Part shown: positions 9,021 through 16,428 of the stretch, piece by piece
How positions within the stretch are numbered: position 1 is the stretch's first letter
Layout: each line of letters begins with the position of its first letter
Assembly: GCA_044224875.1 (NCBI GenBank)
Contig: JBGAJQ010000087.1
Location: 1-19,475 of the forward strand
Source of the DNA: Gemmatimonadaceae bacterium
GTDB lineage: Bacteria; Gemmatimonadota; Gemmatimonadetes; Gemmatimonadales; Gemmatimonadaceae
Length of the DNA stretch: 19,475 nt
Reading direction: 5' to 3'
Translations under genes and position numbers: made by a program
The notes under the pieces: model-generated
Seen by the model: the letters and a program-made list of their open reading frames with translations, nothing else
The model's database searches: none
Told to the model about the DNA's origin: nothing

Positions 9021-10600
9021 GACGCGTGCCGCGCGGGGTGTGGCTGGCGGTGGCGCTGGCGGCGTGTCATGGCGGCGCGCCGAAAAATCGTCCGAACCCG
9101 GCACGCACGCCCGCCAAGGCCGCCGCTGGCGATACGACCCGTGCGATCACGCCGCCGGGAGCCCCGCGTCCGCAGGTTGCGGCTGCCGATACCGCAGCGG
9201 CAAAGCGTGACACCCTCGCCGCCCTGCCAGCTCCAACCCCAGCTCCGGCCAAGCCGCCGCTCCCGGACAAACCCGGGGAACGCTGCGTCATGGACTTGGA
9301 GAATACGCCCGAGACGCGCTCCCAATCGGTGCAGGATCCCGTTTCGGGGAAGTACTTCACCTACGTCGGTGGCGGCGTCTTCGGCAAATGTCGCGGTCAG
9401 GAGACGACCATACGGTCCGACAGTGCAGAGCTCTACGACCAGTCGCGCCTGTATATCCTCATCGGCAACACGCAGTACAAGGAGCCTCGCGTCACGATCG
9501 ACGCACAGAAGGCGACGTATTTTCGAGCCGAAGAACGGATCCTGATGGAGGGCAACGTTCGCGCAGTGCTGCGGAACGGTGCGACCATGCTGAGCCCCCG
9601 AGCCGAGTACTTCCGGGCCGTGCGTGGGCTGCGCCCGCGCGCCAAACTGGTCGCCACCGGCCGCCCCGCGCTGTCCTTCGTGGACAAGGACTCTCTCGGT
9701 CGTCCGCAACCGCCGACGAATCTCAACGCCAACGAAATCACGGCAGACGGTGATTCCATCTATATCGCCAACGGCAAGGTGGTCCTGAACCGCACGGACC
9801 TGGTGGCGACGGGCGACTCCGCATACCTGGACAACGGCAAGCAGTGGTCTCGACTCATGAAGGGACCGGTCATCGAGAGCAAGAGCGACCAGCCATACAC
9901 GCTCAAGGGGCGCGTGATCGACGTGTACGGTGCCTCCCGCCAGGTCAATCGCGTGGTCGCGCTCGACTCGGCGCGCGCCGTCAGCAAGGACCTGCAGATG
10001 GTCTCGGATACGATCGACCTGCGCGTAAAGGAGAACAAGCTGGAGCGCGCGTTCGCCTTTGGGCCCGGCGGCTCGCGCGCCACAACGCCCGAACGAGACA
10101 TCGTCGCCGACTCCCTGGATGTGCAGATGCCACGCCAGCGCGTGCGCGAACTTCACGCCATCCGAAAGGCCTACGCGGAATCGGACCCGGACTCCACGAA
10201 GGTTGTATCTGACGAACGAGACTGGCTGCGCGGAGACACCATCATTGCGAGCTTCGACTCCATCCCACCCACCGATACCGCCAGCAAGCCAAAGGTGCGC
10301 GCGATACTCGCATCCGGGTCCGCCAGCTCGTACTACCAGGTGCCTTCGAATCGCGGTGAGAAAGACAAGCCGGGCGTGAACTATGTGCGGGGGCGATCCA
10401 TTCGCGTCGACTTTTCGGCGGGCGACGTGCAAACCGTTACGGTCTCCGATTCCGTCTCCGGCATGTACCTGGAGGCTGTCGCCGACTCCACAAAGTCGAC
10501 AAAGAGCAAGGCGAAGCCCAAGCCACGCGCGCGAACCGGCCAGGGTGGGATCACGCCGCGTCGCCCTTCGCGGCGGCCGCAATCCGGGGACAATCCATGA
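9017..10600 (+). CDS. Large LptA/OstA-like beta-jellyroll protein, predicted lipoprotein
   Basis: Occupies the lptA slot with ATGA overlaps at both ends. Lipobox ALAA-C17, a Pro/Ala linker, then repeated OstA-type strand patterns (IRSDSAELY, LIGN, IDAQKATYF, MEGNV, GDSAYLD, RGDTIIASF). Confidence 0.72.
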   Translation: MRRVPRGVWLAVALAACHGGAPKNRPNPARTPAKAAAGDTTRAITPPGAPRPQVAAADTAAAKRDTLAALPAPTPAPAKPPLPDKPGERCVMDLENTPETRSQSVQDPVSGKYFTYVGGGVFGKCRGQETTIRSDSAELYDQSRLYILIGNTQYKEPRVTIDAQKATYFRAEERILMEGNVRAVLRNGATMLSPRAEYFRAVRGLRPRAKLVATGRPALSFVDKDSLGRPQPPTNLNANEITADGDSIYIANGKVVLNRTDLVATGDSAYLDNGKQWSRLMKGPVIESKSDQPYTLKGRVIDVYGASRQVNRVVALDSARAVSKDLQMVSDTIDLRVKENKLERAFAFGPGGSRATTPERDIVADSLDVQMPRQRVRELHAIRKAYAESDPDSTKVVSDERDWLRGDTIIASFDSIPPTDTASKPKVRAILASGSASSYYQVPSNRGEKDKPGVNYVRGRSIRVDFSAGDVQTVTVSDSVSGMYLEAVADSTKSTKSKAKPKPRARTGQGGITPRRPSRRPQSGDNP

Positions 10601-11814
10601 GCGACGAAAACGACACCACGCCGCTCTCGACCCTGGTGGACCGCATCGCCGGCGGCGACCGCTCCATCGCCTTTGCCTTACATGCCATCGTCTCGGAATG
10701 CGACGAGCGCGGATCGGCACCACTCGATGCCGTGGTGCTACGGTTCCGTGAGGATTACCTGGAATCCCTGAGGGCCCGTGGCCTCGACGCAGACCGCGAG
10801 GCGGGACGCCTGAGTCTGGATGAAGTCCGGACCTTCCTGGTGTCTTCTGTGCTCCCGCGCCTGACGAGTAGTAACCATGTCGAGTTTCCCGCCCGCGGAG
10901 CCGGCGGCGACAAGGTCCACGTGCAGCTCTCGCCATCCCTGTGGGCGGAGATCGCCCCACACCAGCGGGACGTGGCTACGGCACTTCGGCTCACCGGCGA
11001 ACATGCGACCGTGGGCCCTCGCGCGACCCCCGAATCGTCACCCCGCGCCGTAGGGAGCGTGCTCGAGGGCCAAGGGCTGCTCAAGGCCTACAAGAAGCGT
11101 CGCGTGGTGCACGACGTGAATGTCGAACTGCGGCAGGGAGAAATCGTCGGCCTCCTGGGCCCCAATGGGGCGGGGAAGACCACGACGTTCTACATGATCG
11201 TCGGGCTCATTAAGCCCCTCGCTGGCCGAATCCTGCTCGACGGGGAAGACATCACCAAGATGCCGATGTACCGCCGTTCCCGACGAGGAATCGGCTATCT
11301 TTCCCAGGAACCTTCGGTTTTCAGGAAACTGTCCGTCGAAGAGAACATCCTGGCGATCCTGGAAACGTTGCCTCTGAGTAAAGAAGAGCGTCGAGCAAGA
11401 TTAGAAGGCCTGCTGGACGAGTTGAACATCAAGCACCTGCGAAACAACAAGGCGTACTCTCTGTCCGGGGGAGAAAGACGCCGGTTGGAGATAACCCGGG
11501 CGTTGGTGACGCAACCCAAGTTCATGATGCTCGACGAGCCCTTTGCTGGCGTCGACCCCATTGCCGTTCATGACATTCAGTCCATCGTGGCGGGCCTGAG
11601 GCATCGCGGAATCGGCGTGCTGATTTCCGACCACAACGTTGAGCAGACTTTGGATATCGTTGATCGCGCCTATATCATGTTTGACGGTCAGGTGAAGGTG
11701 TCCGGGACGGTACGCGACCTCGTGATGAACGACGAAGTCTCGCACAATTACCTGGGGCCCACGCTGACTGCGCGCTTGCGATCCCGATTGGCCCAGGAGG
11801 GAGTCGCCCGATGA
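10597..11814 (+). CDS. lptB: LPS export ABC transporter ATPase LptB with an N-terminal extension of about 154 aa
   Basis: Motifs GEIVGLLGPNGAGKTTTFYMIVG, GIGYLSQEPSVFRKL, LSGGERRRLEI, LDEPFAGVDP, ISDHNV, RAYI and YLG. GGGGA lies 6 nt before ATG 10597, with an ATGA overlap. Confidence 0.95.
   Translation: MSDENDTTPLSTLVDRIAGGDRSIAFALHAIVSECDERGSAPLDAVVLRFREDYLESLRARGLDADREAGRLSLDEVRTFLVSSVLPRLTSSNHVEFPARGAGGDKVHVQLSPSLWAEIAPHQRDVATALRLTGEHATVGPRATPESSPRAVGSVLEGQGLLKAYKKRRVVHDVNVELRQGEIVGLLGPNGAGKTTTFYMIVGLIKPLAGRILLDGEDITKMPMYRRSRRGIGYLSQEPSVFRKLSVEENILAILETLPLSKEERRARLEGLLDELNIKHLRNNKAYSLSGGERRRLEITRALVTQPKFMMLDEPFAGVDPIAVHDIQSIVAGLRHRGIGVLISDHNVEQTLDIVDRAYIMFDGQVKVSGTVRDLVMNDEVSHNYLGPTLTARLRSRLAQEGVAR
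11650..11678 (+). promoter_or_regulatory. Candidate internal sigma70-type promoter for rpoN within lptB
   Basis: TTGGAT (11650-11655), 17-nt spacer, TATCAT (11673-11678), about 130 nt upstream of the rpoN ATG, in a run of T-ending codons unusual for this GC-rich sequence. Confidence 0.5.
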
Positions 11815-13310
11815 GGCCGGGGCTCAGCCAGAGCACTCAGCTTCGACAGGAACTCAAGATCAATCCACGCCTCTATCAGGCGATGGATCTGTTGTACATG
11901 CCGCTGTTGGACCTGCAACAGCATCTGAAGCAGGAACTGCTGACCAACCCCTTCCTCGAGATGCTGGAACCCGAGGAGGAGGAAGAGGAGCAGGAGCAAG
12001 CGGCGGAAGAGGAGGGGGAACCCGCGCCAACCGACCTTGCCGAGGCGCCGGCCGCCACCGAGGAACCCGCCAAGGACACCTCCGAGGAAGTGGATTGGGA
12101 GGAAATCCTGCTCGACGGATTCGAGACGGGTGGCGTGCGCGAAGAGCACGAGGAGCGGGAGTACTACGAGCCGGTGACCGTGGCCAGCCGCGGTCTCGAC
12201 GACCACCTGCGTGACCAGATTGCGTTGTTGGACCTGACGGACCGGCAGCGCGTGTTGGCCGACGAGTTCATCGGCAACATCAACGAGGATGGCTACCTCG
12301 AGTGCACGCTGGAGGAAGTCCTCGCCAGCATCAACGACGAAATCAGCAAGGCGGCCGATCGTGCCGGACACGAAGGCCCCCTGCCGTTGTACCAGATGTC
12401 CGACGCCGAGGAAATGCTCGCCATCGTCCAGACGCTTGATCCGCCCGGCGTCGGTGCGCGGAATCTCCGCGAGTGTCTGCTCCTTCAGTTGCGCGACGAA
12501 AAGGCGGAGGAGACCCTGCAGGGTCGACTCGTTCGTGACGCCTTCGAGGAATTGATCTCGCACCGTTGGAGCGAGATCTCCAAGCGCTTCGGTGTGTCGC
12601 CGACCGAAGTGCAGTCGGCCGCCGACGAAGTCGCCAAGCTGGACCCGAAGCCGGGACTGCGGTACAGCCAGGCCAACGACTCGTACATTGTCCCTGATCT
12701 CGTCGTCGAGAAAGTCGATGGCAAGTATCAGATCTTCAACAACGATTCGAATCTCCCGCGCTTGCGCCTGAGCCGTGCGTACCAGGAGATCGCCCGCGAC
12801 AAGCGAAAGTTCGATACCGAAAACAAGGAGTTCATCTCCAGCAAGCTGAATTCAGCGAACTGGATGATTCAGGCGATCGAACAACGCCGCCAGACGATGC
12901 TCAAGGTCATGAACTACATCGTGGAGCGGCAGCGAGACTTCTTCGAGAAGGGCGTGCAATACCTCAAGCCTCTGACCCTTCGCGAAGTGGCTGAACACAT
13001 CGGGATGCACGAGAGTACCGTCAGCCGCGTCACCAACGAGAAGTTCGTCCAGACCCCTCGCGGTGTGCTGCCGCTGAAGTTCTTTTTCTCCTCTGGACTG
13101 AGCACCACGGGCGGGGAAGATGTCTCGGCCCGGGGCATCAAGGACCAGATCGAGAAACTCGTGACGAACGAAGACCCCCGGAATCCCCTGACGGATCAGG
13201 CCATCGTCAATATCCTGCGCGATCACGGCGTGAACATCGCGCGCCGCACGGTCGCCAAATACCGAGACCAGCTGGGCGTGCTGTCCGCCCGCATGCGGAA
13301 ACGAGTCTGA
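11811..13310 (+). CDS. rpoN: RNA polymerase sigma-54 factor
   Basis: Gln/Leu-rich region I ending NPFLE, acidic region II, LDPPGVGARNLRECL, LKPLTLREVA..IGMHESTVSR and the RpoN box ARRTVAKYR. Confidence 0.98.
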   Translation: MRPGLSQSTQLRQELKINPRLYQAMDLLYMPLLDLQQHLKQELLTNPFLEMLEPEEEEEEQEQAAEEEGEPAPTDLAEAPAATEEPAKDTSEEVDWEEILLDGFETGGVREEHEEREYYEPVTVASRGLDDHLRDQIALLDLTDRQRVLADEFIGNINEDGYLECTLEEVLASINDEISKAADRAGHEGPLPLYQMSDAEEMLAIVQTLDPPGVGARNLRECLLLQLRDEKAEETLQGRLVRDAFEELISHRWSEISKRFGVSPTEVQSAADEVAKLDPKPGLRYSQANDSYIVPDLVVEKVDGKYQIFNNDSNLPRLRLSRAYQEIARDKRKFDTENKEFISSKLNSANWMIQAIEQRRQTMLKVMNYIVERQRDFFEKGVQYLKPLTLREVAEHIGMHESTVSRVTNEKFVQTPRGVLPLKFFFSSGLSTTGGEDVSARGIKDQIEKLVTNEDPRNPLTDQAIVNILRDHGVNIARRTVAKYRDQLGVLSARMRKRV

Positions 13311-13312
13311 CC

Positions 13313-14320
13313 GTGACGCTCGACGTGCGGACCGCCACGGAGCCTGTGCGCGACCGCGCCGCCTCCGGAGGTGTCGCGCGGACCACAGGCCAGCGCCCCG
13401 ACGTCTCTGTGCTCGTGCCGGCGAAGGATGAGGCCCAGAACCTGCCGCTGTTCTTGGAGCTGACGGAGGCCGCCCTCGCCACATCGTCCGCGTCGTACGA
13501 GGTCATCGTGATCGATGACGGCTCCGAGGACGCGACCTGGGAAGTGCTGCAAGGGCTTCGGACGCGCTATCCCTTCCTGCGAACCGTTCGGCATCGCTCC
13601 CGCCGCGGTATCGCCGACGCCCTGCGCACCGGCTACCTCCATGCCACGGGCGACGTGCTGGTGTTCTACCCGGCGGACCTGCAGTTCAAACCCGAAGACA
13701 TCCCCCGCCTGGTGGCACCGATCCTGGCCAACGAAGCGGACATGGTCACCGGGTTCAAGCAGGGCAAGTATGAGAAGGCGTTCGTTTCCCGGATCTACAA
13801 CGCGCTCTCGCGTACGCTGTTCAACGTGAAGGTCAAGGACCTGAATTCCGTGAAGGCGTACCGCCGCGAAATCATGGACGTACTGCCGATGCGCCCCGAC
13901 TGGCATCGGTACATGATCGTGCTGGCCGCGGCGCAGGGCTTCACCGTTGCGGAGATTCCTGTTCCGCTCTACCCGCGCCACGCTGGCAAGTCAAAGTTCG
14001 GGATTAGTCGCATTCCTGTTGGCGTGCTGGACATGCTGTCCGTTTGGTTTGAGCTGCGGTTCGCTCTCAAACCCCTGCTCCTGTTCGGCGGGCTGGGGGC
14101 AGCGCTCTTCGCGCTTGGCGTGTTGGCCGGCGTCACGGCCCTGATTGTCCTGGCCGTGAGCGGTATCGGCCTGCGCTGGGTGTGGACGTTGATCCAGACC
14201 TGTCTCATTCTGGGATCGGTGTTCTTTGCCACCGGCCTGCTCGGCGAACAGGTGGCGGGCATGCGGGCCCAATTGCGCGAGCTGCAACGCCAGATCGCTG
14301 ACCGCCAGGACGAACGCTGA
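13313..14320 (+). CDS. Glycosyltransferase family 2, GtrB/ArnC/DPM-like, with two C-terminal TM helices
   Basis: Motifs VSVLVPAKDE, VIVIDDGSED.T, ADLQ, DMVTG, KAYRRE, HRY and YPRHAGKSKF, plus two hydrophobic segments at the C-terminus. GTG start 2 nt after rpoN; the true start may be slightly downstream. Confidence 0.9.
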   Translation: MTLDVRTATEPVRDRAASGGVARTTGQRPDVSVLVPAKDEAQNLPLFLELTEAALATSSASYEVIVIDDGSEDATWEVLQGLRTRYPFLRTVRHRSRRGIADALRTGYLHATGDVLVFYPADLQFKPEDIPRLVAPILANEADMVTGFKQGKYEKAFVSRIYNALSRTLFNVKVKDLNSVKAYRREIMDVLPMRPDWHRYMIVLAAAQGFTVAEIPVPLYPRHAGKSKFGISRIPVGVLDMLSVWFELRFALKPLLLFGGLGAALFALGVLAGVTALIVLAVSGIGLRWVWTLIQTCLILGSVFFATGLLGEQVAGMRAQLRELQRQIADRQDER

Positions 14321-14333
14321 CGCGCGCTCCAAC

Positions 14334-15491
14334 ATGCGCGTGCTCTTCCTCACCCACTCCTACCCGCGCTGGATGGGCGACGCAGCCGGGTCGTTCCTCC
14401 TCCGGCTCGCCACGGCGCTAGGCGACCGGGACGTCCAGGTTCGGGTGTTGGCCCCGAACGCCGCGGGTCTGGCGAGGGACGAGGTGATCGGCGGCATACC
14501 CGTTCATCGATTTCGCTACGCGCCGCGCACGTGGGAGACGCTGGCCTACACAGGAACCATGGCCGAGGATGCGCGAGCCAGCTTGAAGGGCGGGGCAGCA
14601 CTCGGCGGACTTCTCGCCGGCGGCCTCGCGGCCGCCTTGCGGCTACAGCGGGAGTGGTCACCCGACGTCATCCATGCGCACTGGTGGTTTCCCGCCGGCA
14701 TCGTCGGCAGCGCATCGGCGGCCATGACGGGGCGCCCACTGCTCGTCACGATGCATGGAAGCGACGTGCGATTCGCCCACGCCATTCGCGCGGCACGACC
14801 GGTGTTCCGGTGTGTCCTCGCGAGCGCCGCAGTGTCCACGACGGTGTCGGGGTGGTTGGCCCGTCAGGCGCAATCAGCTGGCGCTGCCCACGCCGTCGTG
14901 GCGCCCATGCCAGCGGCGACCGACCTTTTTTTCCCTAACGAGGCTCCGCGAGACCCGGCCCGTGTTCTCTTCGTCGGGCGCCTCAACGACCAAAAGGGAA
15001 TCATGCGACTCGTGGAGGCGGCCGCGAGCCTGCCGACACGAACCACCATCGACGTGGTCGGCGAAGGACCCCTCGGCCGTCACGCACGCGACCAGGCGGA
15101 CCGGCTCGGGCTTGGCGATAGAATCCGTTGGCTGGGCGCATTGCCGCAGCACCAGCTCCCCGAGCTTTATCGTCAGGCGGCCGTTCTGGCCGTTCCGTCG
15201 TTGGACGAAGGTCTGGGGCTCGCCGCGGTCGAGGCCCAGCTATGCGGCACACCCGTTGTCGCATTTGACTCGGGTGGAATTGCGGAAACCCTGCTGGATG
15301 GCGTCACAGGGCGCCTCGTCCCCGCCGGGGACGTTGCGGCCTTCGCCGCCGCACTGGAGTCGATTCTCGCGGATCCTCGCGCCACCCGGACCATGGGAGA
15401 TGCCGGCGTCTCGTGGGCGCAGTCGCGGTTCGCCCCGGACGCAGTCGCGGCCGCCTATGCCAGACTCTACAGTGTCGCAGCTGCCGCGTAG
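14334..15491 (+). CDS. Glycosyltransferase family 4 (GT-B, retaining)
   Basis: ATG 14334 gives MRVLFLTHSYPR. Motifs DVIHAHWWFPAG, VTMHGSDV, LFVGRL..QKG and the EX7E motif EGLGLAAVEA..CGTPVV. Confidence 0.92.
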   Translation: MRVLFLTHSYPRWMGDAAGSFLLRLATALGDRDVQVRVLAPNAAGLARDEVIGGIPVHRFRYAPRTWETLAYTGTMAEDARASLKGGAALGGLLAGGLAAALRLQREWSPDVIHAHWWFPAGIVGSASAAMTGRPLLVTMHGSDVRFAHAIRAARPVFRCVLASAAVSTTVSGWLARQAQSAGAAHAVVAPMPAATDLFFPNEAPRDPARVLFVGRLNDQKGIMRLVEAAASLPTRTTIDVVGEGPLGRHARDQADRLGLGDRIRWLGALPQHQLPELYRQAAVLAVPSLDEGLGLAAVEAQLCGTPVVAFDSGGIAETLLDGVTGRLVPAGDVAAFAAALESILADPRATRTMGDAGVSWAQSRFAPDAVAAAYARLYSVAAAA

Positions 15492-16428
15492 TCGCGTCGT
15501 TCGTTGGGTCTTCGCGCTACTCGCCGTCGTCGCTGTCTGGTTGGCGACTCGCGATATCGTCGCCCAGTGGACGGCATTCCGGGGGTCCGGCGTGCGCTTG
15601 CAGCCCGATTGGCCAAGAATAGGATTGTCCTGCGTGGTGGTTTTTCTCGCGTACGCGCTACTCATCGAGACGTGGCGCCGCACCGTTGCCGCTTGGGGGG
15701 AACGACTCGCCTGGACCGACGCGGCACGCATCTGGTTTATCTCCAACCTCGGGCGCTACCTGCCGGGAAAGGTCTGGCAGCTGGGCGCGATGAGCGCCAT
15801 GGCCCGCGAGCGTGGAGTGAGCGCTGTTGCAGCTGCCGGCTCGGCGATCGTGGTGAACCTGGTGAACCTGCTTGCTGGCGTCGGTGTCGTGGCGGTGACC
15901 GGGGCGGAGTACCTGGAGGCGCGCGGCGCTGCTATTGGATTGGCCATCACGCTGGCTATCGCGATCGCCGCCACACCGTGGGTGCTGCCGCTGATCGCTC
16001 GCGCGGCGACCACCGTGCTCAGGCGCCCGATCGACCTCCCGTCGTTGCCGCACTCCGCCCTCTGGACGGCCGCAGTCGGATGCGTGGTCGCCTGGCTGCT
16101 CTACGGTATCGCCTTCTGGTTGCTGGTGGCGGGGACGTTAGGAACATCGGTGGGTCCCCTCGCCTCGTACGTCGCCGCCTTCACGGGGTCGTACCTCGTC
16201 GGCTACATTGCCATCTTCGCGCCGGGCGGAATCGGCGTCCGCGAAAAAAGCCTCGTGGTGTCCTTGAGCCGCCTGGCCCTACCTCCTGGAGCTCCCGGCA
16301 TCGTGGCACTGACGTCCCGACTCTGGCTGACCGTGCTGGAGGTCATCCCCGGGATCCTCCTGCTGGCGCACGGTGCCTGGCGCAGTGATAGACCCTCTCT
16401 GAGCGATCATGGCGGCACAGATTCCTGA
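15457..16428 (+). CDS. UPF0104 / lysylphosphatidylglycerol-synthase-TM-domain (AglD2-like) putative flippase
   Basis: About 8 hydrophobic segments and motifs ARIWFISNLGRYLPGK.W and FAPGGIGVRE. Start at ATG 15457 or GTG 15472, overlapping the GT4 end; the upstream part of the 557-aa ORF call is not taken as coding. Confidence 0.8.
   Translation: MPDSTVSQLPRSRVVRWVFALLAVVAVWLATRDIVAQWTAFRGSGVRLQPDWPRIGLSCVVVFLAYALLIETWRRTVAAWGERLAWTDAARIWFISNLGRYLPGKVWQLGAMSAMARERGVSAVAAAGSAIVVNLVNLLAGVGVVAVTGAEYLEARGAAIGLAITLAIAIAATPWVLPLIARAATTVLRRPIDLPSLPHSALWTAAVGCVVAWLLYGIAFWLLVAGTLGTSVGPLASYVAAFTGSYLVGYIAIFAPGGIGVREKSLVVSLSRLALPPGAPGIVALTSRLWLTVLEVIPGILLLAHGAWRSDRPSLSDHGGTDS

Noticed and set aside
8852..10960. 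702-aa minus-strand ORF antisense to lptC/lptA-like/lptB
   Set aside because: No recognisable motifs and Arg/Gly/His-rich composition. It is a typical stop-poor shadow frame of GC-rich genes.
11965..12020. GAG-rich repeat encoding EPEEEEEEQEQAAEEE in rpoN
   Set aside because: This is the ordinary acidic, variable region II of sigma54; the repeat is imperfect and in frame.
14755..15456. Long N-terminal extensions in the ORF track (flippase from 14755; also xerD from 517, pyrG from 4184, kdsD from 7399, dedA from 140)
   Set aside because: They overlap upstream genes in another frame. Coupled starts at the gene junctions give normal-length proteins.
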